Shown: positions 47,485-56,325 of the stretch, one piece after another
Layout of the letters: each line of letters begins with the position of its first letter
Numbering within the stretch: the stretch's first letter is position 1
Assembly (NCBI GenBank): GCA_964556395.1
Contig: CAZKVR010000001.1
Location: 178,411 to 242,410 of the forward strand
Length of the DNA stretch: 64,000 nt
Direction: 5' to 3'
From: an uncultured Methanosarcinales archaeon
Lineage (GTDB): Archaea; Nanobdellota; Nanobdellia; Woesearchaeales; WJKR01
Notes under the pieces: generated by a model
What the model was told of the DNA's origin: nothing
What the model saw: the letters and a program-made list of their open reading frames with translations, nothing else
The model's database searches: none
Made by a program: the position numbers and the translations under genes

Positions 47485-47695
47485 CCTGGTCTTGTACCTC
47501 CTCCTTTTGTTGGGGGTTGTTCCTCAGCGTGTTGATGCGCGCGAGGATCTTCTTGAGCTGTCGTATCTGGCCGGGGCTCTTCGGCGTGGTGCCGGCCGCG
47601 GCCTGTGATTGGAGCTTGGTGAGCTCTACTTTGGTCTCCTTTTCCTTCTGTTCCAGGTCTTTCTGGCTGAGGTCGGCGAGGTCCTTGTACTTCAT
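47471..47695 (-). CDS. rpl29: 50S ribosomal protein uL29
   Basis: PGQIRQLKKILARINT; operon position. Confidence 0.93.
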   Translation of the reverse strand: MKYKDLADLSQKDLEQKEKETKVELTKLQSQAAAGTTPKSPGQIRQLKKILARINTLRNNPQQKEEVQDQDAGN

Positions 47696-48477
47696 GCGGC
47701 GTCACCTTCCTTCTTAGGTTCTTCCTCAGGCTCGGGTTCCTTAGCTTCGGGTTCCTCTTCGGTCTCGGCTTCCGCCTCACCCTCAGATTTTTCCTCTTTG
47801 GCCTCAGACTCCTTCTTCTCAGAGGCCTCTTCCGCCGGGGCTTCGACCTTCTCGTCCGTCTCTTCGACGACTTGTTTGGGTTGTTCGAGGAGTTCGACGC
47901 GGTCGGGCAGCTTGGTGTCGCCCGGCATGATGCTGACCTTAATGCCCACGGACCCCGTCTTGAGGAACGCGGTGGTGAAGGCTGTGTTGACGCCTGTCAT
48001 GGCGATGTCGCCGCACTTCTTGAGGTAGCCTTCGTAGAAGCGCCACGTCTTCGATCGCTGGCTCGGTACCTTGCCGCTGATGAGGATCTCGACCCCGAGG
48101 GCGCCGGCTGACATGACGTTCCTGAGGGACCGGTAGCCGGAGCCCTTGAACTGCCTGGCGCCGAAGCGTTCCATCGAGGATGCGATGCTCTCCGCGACGA
48201 TGGCGGGATCGAGGTTGACGTCCTTGATCTCCTCGATCTCGATCTGCGGGTTCTCGAGCTTGAACTTCGCCTTGAGATCCTTGGTGAGCTTCTGGATGTT
48301 GCTGCCTCCGCGTCCGACGACGAGGCCGGGCCTGCTGGCTGAGACGACGATCTTCTCGCCGAGCGGGGTTCGTTGGAGCTTGACGTCGCTGAGTCCGACC
48401 CTGCTGAGGTTCTGGGCGACGAATTCCTTGATGCGGAACTCCTTGAAGTTTTCTGAGACGAATTTGCGTTCGATCAT
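47692..48477 (-). CDS. rps3: 30S ribosomal protein uS3 with acidic tail
   Basis: RTPLGEKI, RPGLVVGRGG, GALGVEILISGK, GIKVSIM. Confidence 0.97.
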   Translation of the reverse strand: MIERKFVSENFKEFRIKEFVAQNLSRVGLSDVKLQRTPLGEKIVVSASRPGLVVGRGGSNIQKLTKDLKAKFKLENPQIEIEEIKDVNLDPAIVAESIASSMERFGARQFKGSGYRSLRNVMSAGALGVEILISGKVPSQRSKTWRFYEGYLKKCGDIAMTGVNTAFTTAFLKTGSVGIKVSIMPGDTKLPDRVELLEQPKQVVEETDEKVEAPAEEASEKKESEAKEEKSEGEAEAETEEEPEAKEPEPEEEPKKEGDAA

Positions 48478-49160
48478 TGTTGAGCGCTCTCCTTCTTCTG
48501 TTGTGATTGTGCATCTTTCTTAGGGGCTGCCTTCGCCGGCTTCTTCTTCACGGTGTCGGTCTTCTTGGGCTGCTCCTTCTTGGACTCTGGCTTCTGCTCG
48601 GCGGGCTTGGACTCCTGCTCGGGCTCCGGCTTCTTTGGGGTTTGCGCCTTGGATTCCTGTTTCTGCGCGGGCTGTTTGGGAGTTGTCTTCTTCGCCTGCT
48701 TCTTCTCGGCCTTCTTGGCGTTCGGGTCTTCCTTCACGGCGATCTCGACGTGCGACTGCTTGACCTGTCGTCGTCGTTGACGGCCGTAGCGGAAGGGCCT
48801 GCTCGCCTCGTGGGCGGCGAGGTGCTTGATGACGAGCTCTTCGGCGAGGCCTGCCTGGGCTGCGTTGGCCTCGACCGACTCGAGGAGGCTGAGGAATGCC
48901 TTCGAGGCCTTCTCAGGGTATCGTCCTGCGCTTACGCCCTTGCCGGGCTTGTGGCCGACGCCGTCGGTGAACCGCTTGTATGGGATGGCTTCCTCGTGCT
49001 TGAGGACTCGTTCGAGGATGGCCTTGGCGGCGGCGGTGCTCCTGCCTCGGAGGTGGTTGCTGATCTCGATGGCTACCTTGATGGAGATAGGCGCGTCCTT
49101 GAGGACCGCTTTCGCCACTCCTTCTTGGGGGCCGTTGTATGCGTATCTGTAGTCAGCCAT
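48474..49160 (-). CDS. rpl22: 50S ribosomal protein uL22 with long K/Q/P/E tail
   Basis: GRYPEKA, NA...GL, HVEI. Confidence 0.95.
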   Translation of the reverse strand: MADYRYAYNGPQEGVAKAVLKDAPISIKVAIEISNHLRGRSTAAAKAILERVLKHEEAIPYKRFTDGVGHKPGKGVSAGRYPEKASKAFLSLLESVEANAAQAGLAEELVIKHLAAHEASRPFRYGRQRRRQVKQSHVEIAVKEDPNAKKAEKKQAKKTTPKQPAQKQESKAQTPKKPEPEQESKPAEQKPESKKEQPKKTDTVKKKPAKAAPKKDAQSQQKKESAQQ

Positions 49161-49170
49161 TTTGATTCAC

Positions 49171-49548
49171 TCACCTTACGGAGACGCTCGCGCTTGACTT
49201 CGTCGCTCCCACTCCTGGTCCGCCGTGCGAGACGCGCTTCCTGCTCGGGACGAGCTGTCCGAAGCGCATGCCTATCATCTCCGGTTGGACGTGGACGTCG
49301 ACGAAGGCCTTGCCGTTGTGTACCTTGATGACTTTCCCCACCATGTGCGGGAAGACTATCATCTCGCGGTGGTGCGTCTTGACGTTGTCCTTGTTCTTCG
49401 TCTTCTCGTAGACCTGCTTGAGCTCTTCGCTCATGCGGTCGACTGTCCTGCGTTCTCGTGAGGGCAGGAGGTGGACGAACTCATCGAAGGAGAGTTCTTG
49501 GAGCTCCTTGACGGTCTTGCCGCGGTAGGTGTGTTCTTTACGTGCCAT
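49171..49548 (-). CDS. rps19: 30S ribosomal protein uS19
   Basis: YRGKT, KTHHREM, HNGK.F, HGGPGVGATKSS. Confidence 0.97.
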   Translation of the reverse strand: MARKEHTYRGKTVKELQELSFDEFVHLLPSRERRTVDRMSEELKQVYEKTKNKDNVKTHHREMIVFPHMVGKVIKVHNGKAFVDVHVQPEMIGMRFGQLVPSRKRVSHGGPGVGATKSSASVSVR

Positions 49549-49560
49549 CTTGCATCAGTT

Positions 49561-50262
49561 TTATCGTTTTCTGCCGGTGCGCTTGGCGGCGATCGCGCCC
49601 ACCTTCCTTCCGGGCGGGGCGTGCCTGCTGGTCGGCTTGGCTTTGGATTTACGTAGCGACCTCTTGTTTCCGAAGGGGTGCGCCACCGCGTTCATCGCCG
49701 ATCCTGAGACTATCGGGTAGTACTTGTTGCGGGCTTTCATGGCGTGGTGCTTGGTGCCGGCTTTGAGGAACGGTTTCTCCGTCCTGCCGCCGCCTGCCAC
49801 GAAGCCTATAATCGCTTTGCATTCCGGGTGGAATGTCTTGTTCCTTTTGGAGGGGAGCTTGACGGTGACTCCTTTCTCCGTCCGGTTGACGAGTCTTCCT
49901 GCGGCTCCGCTTGATTTGATGAACTTGCCGCCGTCTCCGGGTCTGTTCTCGATGTTGAACACCGGGGTCCCTTCGGGGATGTCTTTGAGGGCGAGCGCGT
50001 TGCCGTAGTCCACCGGCGCTTCCTCACCGATGGCGTATTGCTTGCCGACGAACAGTCCTTCGGCGGCTATGATGAGGCCGTTGGTGTTGTCTTCGTACTG
50101 CACTCTCGCGAGCGGTGCGCTGTGGCCTGCGCTGTTGATGAGGTCGAGGACGGTGTATGATTGCTTGCCTTTGAGTGCGGCGTCGCCTGCTGAGGCGAAG
50201 CTTCGCGCTCGGAAGCGTGTCGTCCCTTTTCCTCGTCGTTGTTGGATGAGGTTCTTGCCCAT
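49561..50262 (-). CDS. rpl2: 50S ribosomal protein uL2
   Basis: MGKNLIQQRRGKG; PGDGGK; AMNAVAHPFG; PPGRKVG. Confidence 0.98.
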   Translation of the reverse strand: MGKNLIQQRRGKGTTRFRARSFASAGDAALKGKQSYTVLDLINSAGHSAPLARVQYEDNTNGLIIAAEGLFVGKQYAIGEEAPVDYGNALALKDIPEGTPVFNIENRPGDGGKFIKSSGAAGRLVNRTEKGVTVKLPSKRNKTFHPECKAIIGFVAGGGRTEKPFLKAGTKHHAMKARNKYYPIVSGSAMNAVAHPFGNKRSLRKSKAKPTSRHAPPGRKVGAIAAKRTGRKR

Positions 50263-50273
50263 TTATGTCACCT

Positions 50274-50525
50274 TTACATGAGGCCGAGGTCTGTGGCGAT
50301 GTCGATCGCCGGCGTCTCGTCGCTGAACGTGATGTATGCCCGTTTCTTGTTGTCCGGGGTGTGCAGCGTCCTGACGGCCGTCACCTTGGCGTTGAATTGT
50401 TCTTCGATGGCTTTCTTGATCTCTGGCTTGGTGGCTTTCTCGTCTACGACGAAGATGAGCTTGTTCTGTGATTCCATGAGCCTGATGCTCTTCTCTGTGG
50501 AGAGGGGGTATTTGATGGTGCTCAT
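50274..50525 (-). CDS. rpl23: 50S ribosomal protein uL23
   Basis: PLSTEK; NKLIFVV; KRAYI; IATDLG. Confidence 0.97.
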   Translation of the reverse strand: MSTIKYPLSTEKSIRLMESQNKLIFVVDEKATKPEIKKAIEEQFNAKVTAVRTLHTPDNKKRAYITFSDETPAIDIATDLGLM

Positions 50526-51412
50526 GCTTTCACCTCGGCTGTTTTCTTCGTCGTCTTCTTCGTGGTCTTCTTAGCGGTTTTCTCTTGCTTGGGTTGCCGC
50601 TTCTTGTCCGTGAAGAGCTTTTCGTCGTCCATGCGCTTGAGCGCCGCGTCCGTGTACAGTGTGAGCCTGCCTGGTTCTGCGCCCGGCGCGAGGAGGCCTG
50701 CGTTGAGCTCGTCGATCGTGGCGACGTCGACTCCTTGCAGGTTGATGGCCGCCGCTTGGAGCGGGCAGTCCTTGCTGGTCACGATGAGCGCGCTGGTGGC
50801 GTGCTTGCGCCTCCTGCCTCTCATGGTGCCTTTGCCTGCGCGGATGGCTCGCTTCTCGGCCCTGGCGAGGTCGTCGCCGAGTCCGAGCGCTTCCATCATG
50901 GCCTTGACGTCTTTCGTCTTGGCGAGCTGTTCGGCTTCAGCGGAGAGTATGAAAGGGTATGCTTCGGGGGTCTTGTGTCCTCTGGCCGCGACGATTTCCT
51001 TGTCGACTGTGGCTGCGAGGGCTGCCCTGATGGCTTTCTTGCGCTCTTTCGTGTTGATGGCTTTCGTCCAGATCTTGCTGGCTTTGGGCGGGTGGGCCCG
51101 TCGTCCGCCGACGGTCTGGGGTGCGAAGGCGCCGGTCCACATGAACCTGCTTCCGCGGTAGTTCATCGCTTTCCTCGGCGTCCTTGATTGTCCGATGCCG
51201 TACGTGCCCCTGTAGTCGTGGCGTCGCTTGCTGATGCGGACGCTGTGTCTGAGGCCTGCTTCTTCGTCGGCGCCGTAGGGTTGTCTGGCGTTGCTCTGGA
51301 GCGCTTGGACCGCTCGCTTGATGAGGTCTGGCCTGACCTGCTCCTCGAACTGTGTGGGGAGCTTGACCTCTCCGGCCGCCTTGTTGTCTTTCGTGACGAG
51401 TTTGAGCTTCAT
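50522..51412 (-). CDS. rpl4: 50S ribosomal protein uL4
   Basis: Start re-called at ATG 51412; RPDLIKRAV, GGRRAHPPK, LAPGAEPGRLT. Confidence 0.97.
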   Translation of the reverse strand: MKLKLVTKDNKAAGEVKLPTQFEEQVRPDLIKRAVQALQSNARQPYGADEEAGLRHSVRISKRRHDYRGTYGIGQSRTPRKAMNYRGSRFMWTGAFAPQTVGGRRAHPPKASKIWTKAINTKERKKAIRAALAATVDKEIVAARGHKTPEAYPFILSAEAEQLAKTKDVKAMMEALGLGDDLARAEKRAIRAGKGTMRGRRRKHATSALIVTSKDCPLQAAAINLQGVDVATIDELNAGLLAPGAEPGRLTLYTDAALKRMDDEKLFTDKKRQPKQEKTAKKTTKKTTKKTAEVKA

Positions 51413-51414
51413 CG

Positions 51415-52392
51415 TTATCGTCCTTGTTTCGACTCCGTGCTGATGGCTTTGATCGCGGGTAGCGGGTGCGCCTTGGCGTCCGGCCTGACCGGTTTTGCCA
51501 TGATGATGGCTCGCTTCTTGGCTCCCGGTACCGTCCCTTTCACGAGGATGTAGGTCGTCTTGACGTTGCCGTAGTTGACGAGTCCTCCTTTCGGGTTGAC
51601 TTCTTCCGGGTTGTCGCTGATCTTGAGTATCTGGTTGTTGTATTGGACGCGCTGGTGGTATCCTGTCTGTCCTGCGTGGGCGACCCGGTACATGAAGTGC
51701 GCGTGTCCTTTCCAGCCGCCGAGGCTTCCGGGTGTCCGTCGGCCTTTCTCTGACTTGTGTGGTGTGAGTCCGATGCCGAATCGCTTGACGGCTCCTTGGA
51801 ATCCTTTGCCTTTGGTGACGGCGTGGATGTCCATGTAGTCCCCTTCCTGGTAGAGGTCGGTGACTGGGATGTCCTTGCCGGCGTGCTCCTTTATGTATTG
51901 GAGCTTGTCTTCGTTGCTGCCTCCGAGTTTGACTTCGAAGAGGTCCGGGCTCTTCTTGAATCCTATCTTGCCTGGTTGGGTGTGGCAGATGATGGTGATG
52001 TCCTCGTATTCTTCCGGTTTGAGGTCGTCGAGCTTGCCTTCTTTCTTGGCTTGCGGGACTTTCCGGGCGAGGTCTTTCTCGGTGCTGAGGACGACTTCTT
52101 TGGCGACGCCGGTGCCGTACCCGTTGGGCTTGTAGCCTCTCGCGCTGTAGATGCGGATGGGTGGGCATTCGATGATGGTCGCTGGGATGGTGATGGCTTG
52201 GTTCTTGCTCGTGCTGCTCTTGCGCGTGTCGGTGGCGGTGACGTGGGTCATGCCTGCCTTGTAGCCTGCGGTGGCGAGTGGTTGGGCGTCTTTTGTTTCC
52301 GCCCAGGATCGCACGCGGGCTACGCTGCGCTTGGCTCTTTTTCGGGGCCAGAACTGCATGCTGCCGAATCGTGGTCTCTTGGTGGTTGGCAT
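51415..52392 (-). CDS. rpl3: 50S ribosomal protein uL3
   Basis: PRFGSMQFWPRKRA; GYKAGMTH; TKGKGFQG; GQTGYHQR. Confidence 0.98.
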   Translation of the reverse strand: MPTTKRPRFGSMQFWPRKRAKRSVARVRSWAETKDAQPLATAGYKAGMTHVTATDTRKSSTSKNQAITIPATIIECPPIRIYSARGYKPNGYGTGVAKEVVLSTEKDLARKVPQAKKEGKLDDLKPEEYEDITIICHTQPGKIGFKKSPDLFEVKLGGSNEDKLQYIKEHAGKDIPVTDLYQEGDYMDIHAVTKGKGFQGAVKRFGIGLTPHKSEKGRRTPGSLGGWKGHAHFMYRVAHAGQTGYHQRVQYNNQILKISDNPEEVNPKGGLVNYGNVKTTYILVKGTVPGAKKRAIIMAKPVRPDAKAHPLPAIKAISTESKQGR

Positions 52393-52458
52393 TTGCTGTC
52401 TTCCTCTTGGGTCACGGGTCCCTTCTTGTCGGATTGCCGTGTGTCTGCTTTCGTACGT

Positions 52459-52566
52459 GCAGCCTTTTGCTGAAAGACTCCTTTGAGAATACGCGTTTGA
52501 TGCGTACTGAAAAGGGCTTTCTTTTCAGGCTGCGGGTGTGCTCGTCACAATCTGTTGAAGGTGACG
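52459..52566 (-). promoter_or_regulatory. Candidate structured 5' leader RNA of the rpl3 operon
   Basis: Multi-stem junction read by eye (details in findings), between the TATA at 52590-52598 and the rpl3 start at 52392. Confidence 0.5.
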
Positions 52567-52589
52567 TGGGTCGGGGAGAATCCTGCGGG

Positions 52590-52598
52590 TTTTATAAA
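52590..52598 (-). promoter_or_regulatory. TATA box of the ribosomal protein operon
   Basis: TTTATAAAA on the minus strand, ~200 nt upstream of rpl3. Confidence 0.6.
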
Positions 52599-52725
52599 GG
52601 TTGCGTATGGAAAAGAAAGTCGAAGAAATAATTTCTATATAGTAATTTCTTTATAGAAAATAAATTGTGAAGAGACCAGGATGGCCGAAAAGAGATAGCT
52701 GCAGAATCAAAAATAAGAGAAAGAC

Positions 52726-52998
52726 TCAACAGGTGCCTGCCTCGACACAATCATTCTTACTGGCACACCACTCGCAATTACCATATCTGCTACAGGCTTC
52801 CTCGGAAGCGCCGTTGCACTGGTGGTCGCTAGCGAGAGATTCGGCATACATCAGGTGCCTGTAGGACTCCCCGGCGACGTTGTCTGACGGGACCATGACT
52901 ACCGACTGCGCAGACCCTTGCATCAGCGTGACGACGCCGACGACAGCCACGACAGCCACCATACCCACTACTGCCAGCATACTTTGCTTGTCATCCAT
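52726..52998 (-). CDS. Small membrane-anchored Cys-rich protein
   Basis: N-terminal VVGMVAVVAVVGVV helix; C-terminal cluster of 7 Cys. Confidence 0.65.
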   Translation of the reverse strand: MDDKQSMLAVVGMVAVVAVVGVVTLMQGSAQSVVMVPSDNVAGESYRHLMYAESLASDHQCNGASEEACSRYGNCEWCASKNDCVEAGTC

Positions 52999-53039
52999 TC
53001 GTTGATCACCTCTGGAAACACCAACGGCAAGAACTCTTT

Positions 53040-54668
53040 TTAAACCTTTTCGGAATCCTCTGAGGATTCCTTCGCCTTCTTCCGCTCCCTGTACTTCCGC
53101 CGCATCTCCTTCTGCTCGTCCGTGAGCTTCTGCCGGCCGCCTTTCTTCTGGCCGTGGCCCGCCCTGGCAGCCTTCTTCTTCGCGTACTGCAAAGGATTCT
53201 TGATCGTGTTGCAGAACTCGTCAGGCCTGCACACCCCGAAGTCCTGGTAGTACTGCTTGCAATTATGCGGGGGCATGACCTCTTTCTTCGACTTCTCGTA
53301 CCGGACGCGGCCTTTTATCTCGACCTCCCGCAAGGGTTCCTCATTACGCTGGTTCCACTCCATCAACGTCGCCTCGATGGCGTCGAACGACCAGCCCGCG
53401 CCGCGGAGGAAGTTGATCAGGGTGAACAACGCTCTCTTGCGACCGTCCTTCAGGCCTTCGAGCATCAGCCTGATGCATGGCGGGAAGTAGTCCTCAGGGA
53501 TGGCCTCCTCGGGCAGGGCGTACTCCTTCGGCCCCTCGTCCTTGTCCGACAGGTCAGGGTCGTGGTCATACGCCTGGGTCAACAGTGAGGCCGCCTCGCC
53601 GGGCTCCGCCGAGTCGCGGTCGAGGAACGGCACGTCGAAGCCGACCTTGTCCGGCTCCGCCTCCTCCTTGCTGAACGACAACACCCTCTCCAAAGGGATG
53701 GGGACGCTGACGAGCTGGCTCTTCTCATGGAAGCTGTACGGCATCCGGTAGAGGTGCCGGTGAGCCAGCAGTATCGTGTCGACCTCGACGACGGACAACG
53801 GGTCGAACGCCTCCCGGTGGACCGGGTTGAACCGCGAGTCGTTAGGACTGTACTTCTTGTGGCAGTCGCACACCGCCGTGTCCTTCAGCACCTGCTCCTG
53901 CATGAGGTTGTGGCACGCCGGGCAGGTCGGCACGTCCATGCGCTCGTCGACCACTTGCCGGTGGCCGCAGTGGCCGCACGTGTAGGCGTACTTGTCCTGG
54001 GCTTCCCGCACCGTGGCGCCGCACGTGTCGCACACCGTGATGAAGAACTCCGACGACGGCTTGCCGAAGTGCTCCGACAACGCCTCCTTAGTCACCGCAA
54101 CCTTCTTACCGCCGACGGAGAAGCGTATCTCGTCGTTGCCAACCTCGGTGTACTCCTTGACGATGTAGTCCAACAGGTACTTGGCGATCTTCTTCGGCGC
54201 TTCTGGGAAGAGGTCTTTCGTCTCCTGATTGTTGAACTCCCCAGGGAACGCTTCGAACGGGACCGCGACGTGAAAGCCCTTGTTCCCGCTGAACTTCACG
54301 CTGACCGCCTTCACCCCATGGTCCTGCAATGCCCTGATGAAGAGGTGGGTGATCAATTTGGATAGCGGCCAGTACGGGCAGTCGACGTCCAGTATGAGGT
54401 CCCACCCGGTCCGGAGCTCCGCGATATCCTTCTTGCCCATACCGGTCTCGATGTGGAGCGGGTTGCTCCACAACTCTTCGGAGCAGTGGAATGATGAGGC
54501 CTTCCTCTTCGCGAATTCCAGGACGTCCCCTTCCGTGAACAGCGCGTCCGGCCTCTTTCCGAAGTAGGTCTGGAACCGCACCGAGACCTCCTTGTCGCGC
54601 GCCTGCTCCACCAGGGCGCGCTGCACTTCCGGGCGCTTGTAGAACGAGAGCGTCTTGGCGATGAACAT
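53040..54668 (-). CDS. priSL: Fused DNA primase PriS-PriL with Zn-ribbon insertion
   Basis: PriS motifs GWDLILDVD, FSGNKGFH, HRHLYRMPYS. PriL Fe-S C-terminal domain FPPCI..., PPHNC, C.PD..C..IKNPL. Confidence 0.9.
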   Translation of the reverse strand: MFIAKTLSFYKRPEVQRALVEQARDKEVSVRFQTYFGKRPDALFTEGDVLEFAKRKASSFHCSEELWSNPLHIETGMGKKDIAELRTGWDLILDVDCPYWPLSKLITHLFIRALQDHGVKAVSVKFSGNKGFHVAVPFEAFPGEFNNQETKDLFPEAPKKIAKYLLDYIVKEYTEVGNDEIRFSVGGKKVAVTKEALSEHFGKPSSEFFITVCDTCGATVREAQDKYAYTCGHCGHRQVVDERMDVPTCPACHNLMQEQVLKDTAVCDCHKKYSPNDSRFNPVHREAFDPLSVVEVDTILLAHRHLYRMPYSFHEKSQLVSVPIPLERVLSFSKEEAEPDKVGFDVPFLDRDSAEPGEAASLLTQAYDHDPDLSDKDEGPKEYALPEEAIPEDYFPPCIRLMLEGLKDGRKRALFTLINFLRGAGWSFDAIEATLMEWNQRNEEPLREVEIKGRVRYEKSKKEVMPPHNCKQYYQDFGVCRPDEFCNTIKNPLQYAKKKAARAGHGQKKGGRQKLTDEQKEMRRKYRERKKAKESSEDSEKV

Positions 54669-54738
54669 ACTAGGGTGGTGATGGAGTGGTATTTATGCGT
54701 TGCGCGACGGGTGGCCAGTGGAAAGAAAAAGAAATGGT

Positions 54739-54963
54739 TCAGATGACGCGTTCGCCGGTCTCGTTGTCCACGATGTGTATCACACCCACAGGACAGCTCT
54801 CCGCCGCTTGCTTGTTCGCTTCCAGTTCGGATTCTTCTATCTCCTTCTTGAGCAGGTTGGCCTTGCCGTCGTCGCCCATCTGCCAGTTGTCCGGGTCCGC
54901 GCTGACGCAGCCGCCGGCTCCGATGCATCCGTCCCTGTCGTATTCTATCGTGTATTTCGCCAT
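54739..54963 (-). CDS. Ferredoxin (probable 3Fe-4S single-cluster type)
   Basis: CIGAGGC ... AAESCPVGVI; the second Cys of CxxCxxC is replaced by Ala. Confidence 0.85.
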   Translation of the reverse strand: MAKYTIEYDRDGCIGAGGCVSADPDNWQMGDDGKANLLKKEIEESELEANKQAAESCPVGVIHIVDNETGERVI

Positions 54964-55059
54964 TGCTAACACCTATGATTCTCAACGCCAACTCCTATTT
55001 ATATGTGTTTGCGTGGGGTAGCGCCAGATTTTTCAATGTCGAATGGTTTCCCTGCAAGC

Positions 55060-55356
55060 ATGTCCTACGAGCGCGTCTATGATGAGATAGAAGGCATTAG
55101 GAAGTGGTATCTCCGTGAATTGGCTCCGAAGAGTTCCCAGGAGGAGACTGATGATTTCCTCAGGGAGCTGGAGACGTTGGAGGACATGCTCGAACACCAT
55201 GAGTTCCCCGAGGCCAAGGCTATCGTGAAGCACCAAGAGAAATATTTCAGTGACAACAACTATTTGGGGATCATGGATAATTACAAGTCATTGCGTAAAG
55301 GGCTCGAGACCGTCCACGCCCAGTACAACAAAAAGAGTCAGGACGGCAAGATATGA
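55060..55356 (+). CDS. Hypothetical helical protein
   Basis: Protein-like ORF filling the gap between convergent genes; start uncertain (55036 or 55060). Confidence 0.55.
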   Translation: MSYERVYDEIEGIRKWYLRELAPKSSQEETDDFLRELETLEDMLEHHEFPEAKAIVKHQEKYFSDNNYLGIMDNYKSLRKGLETVHAQYNKKSQDGKI

Positions 55357-56262
55357 TTACCTGCCGGGAGGGATGGTCATCTTGAACGTGGTGCCTTCGT
55401 CGGGCGCTGTGCGTTCGATTTCTAGCGTGCCGCCTCGTTCTTCCACGTAGGCTTTCGCGAGGTAGAGTCCTTTGCCGTGGTCGTCTCCTTCTCCTGCGCG
55501 GCTTGACTCCCGGTATCCGAACACGCTGTCGGGGTTATTGAAGTGGTTGGTGTCTATGCCTTTCCCGTTGTCCGAAAATAAGAGGGTGTACGTCCTGTCG
55601 TCGTTGTTCTTGCCTCTGATTGTGATTTGTCGGTCTTCCTGCTCTGGAGGGAATGCGTGGTCGACTGTGTTGTCGAGGAGTGTCTTGAGGACGTTGCCGA
55701 CGTAGTCCCCTTCAGTCTTCCTCGTTTCCATCCTGTAGTCCAGGGCGATGCCGTGGCGGTCGAGGAGTGGTTGGATGTCTTTGGCGTGGTGGTGGAATGC
55801 CTGGTCTATGAAGTGTTCCTTGGAGTTTTTGCCGAAGAAGGTGTTGCCTGCGTAGGCGAGCTTTTCGATGGAGTCGACGAGGTGTGTGTGGAGTTCTTGC
55901 TCCTTCTCGCGTCCTGGCCTGTTCTCCTTGACGTCCGGCAGGTAGGCGAGGATCGCTTTGAGGTTGTCGCGGTAGTCGCGGGCCGCCTCTTCCAGCAGGG
56001 GGTCTTCGAGCGTTTGGGGTGCGGAGATGGTTTCGGCCATCGCGTCGCAGGACTTGGCATACTCGTGACCCAGGGTGGAGAGTGCGTCTGTGAGGCCGAG
56101 CCGTTCATACTTCGGGATGAAGTTGGCGAGTTCGAGGCCGTTGGCCGGTGATTTGAGGTCGTGGTTGAGCCTCTCGATGACGCGCGCTTTCCGCTCGCCT
56201 TCCGTTTGTTGGCCTCGCTTGAGCTCTTCCATGACGTCTTCTACCGTGAATTCGAGGTCCAT
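55357..56262 (-). CDS. Soluble histidine kinase (HisKA plus HATPase_c)
   Basis: H box LNHDLKSP; N box LLDNTVDHA; G1 SDNGKGI; G2 GKGLYLAK; GTTF. No TM segment. Confidence 0.85.
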   Translation of the reverse strand: MDLEFTVEDVMEELKRGQQTEGERKARVIERLNHDLKSPANGLELANFIPKYERLGLTDALSTLGHEYAKSCDAMAETISAPQTLEDPLLEEAARDYRDNLKAILAYLPDVKENRPGREKEQELHTHLVDSIEKLAYAGNTFFGKNSKEHFIDQAFHHHAKDIQPLLDRHGIALDYRMETRKTEGDYVGNVLKTLLDNTVDHAFPPEQEDRQITIRGKNNDDRTYTLLFSDNGKGIDTNHFNNPDSVFGYRESSRAGEGDDHGKGLYLAKAYVEERGGTLEIERTAPDEGTTFKMTIPPGR

Positions 56263-56325
56263 GGTATTCCACAACCAAGCAGTATTTAAAAAAATTCCTA
56301 ATAATGACTACTGGAAGATAGTAAA

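Noticed and set aside
50522-52168. Apparent N-terminal extensions in the ORF track for rpl4, rps8, rnp3, and the pilins at 7242, 8129 and 13524
   Set aside because: The extensions run through upstream genes in another frame; homology or the signal peptide begins at the re-called downstream starts.
53860-54035. Primase insertion as an intein
   Set aside because: No C/S start with HN-C/S/T end and no LAGLIDADG motifs; it is a short CxxC-rich segment.
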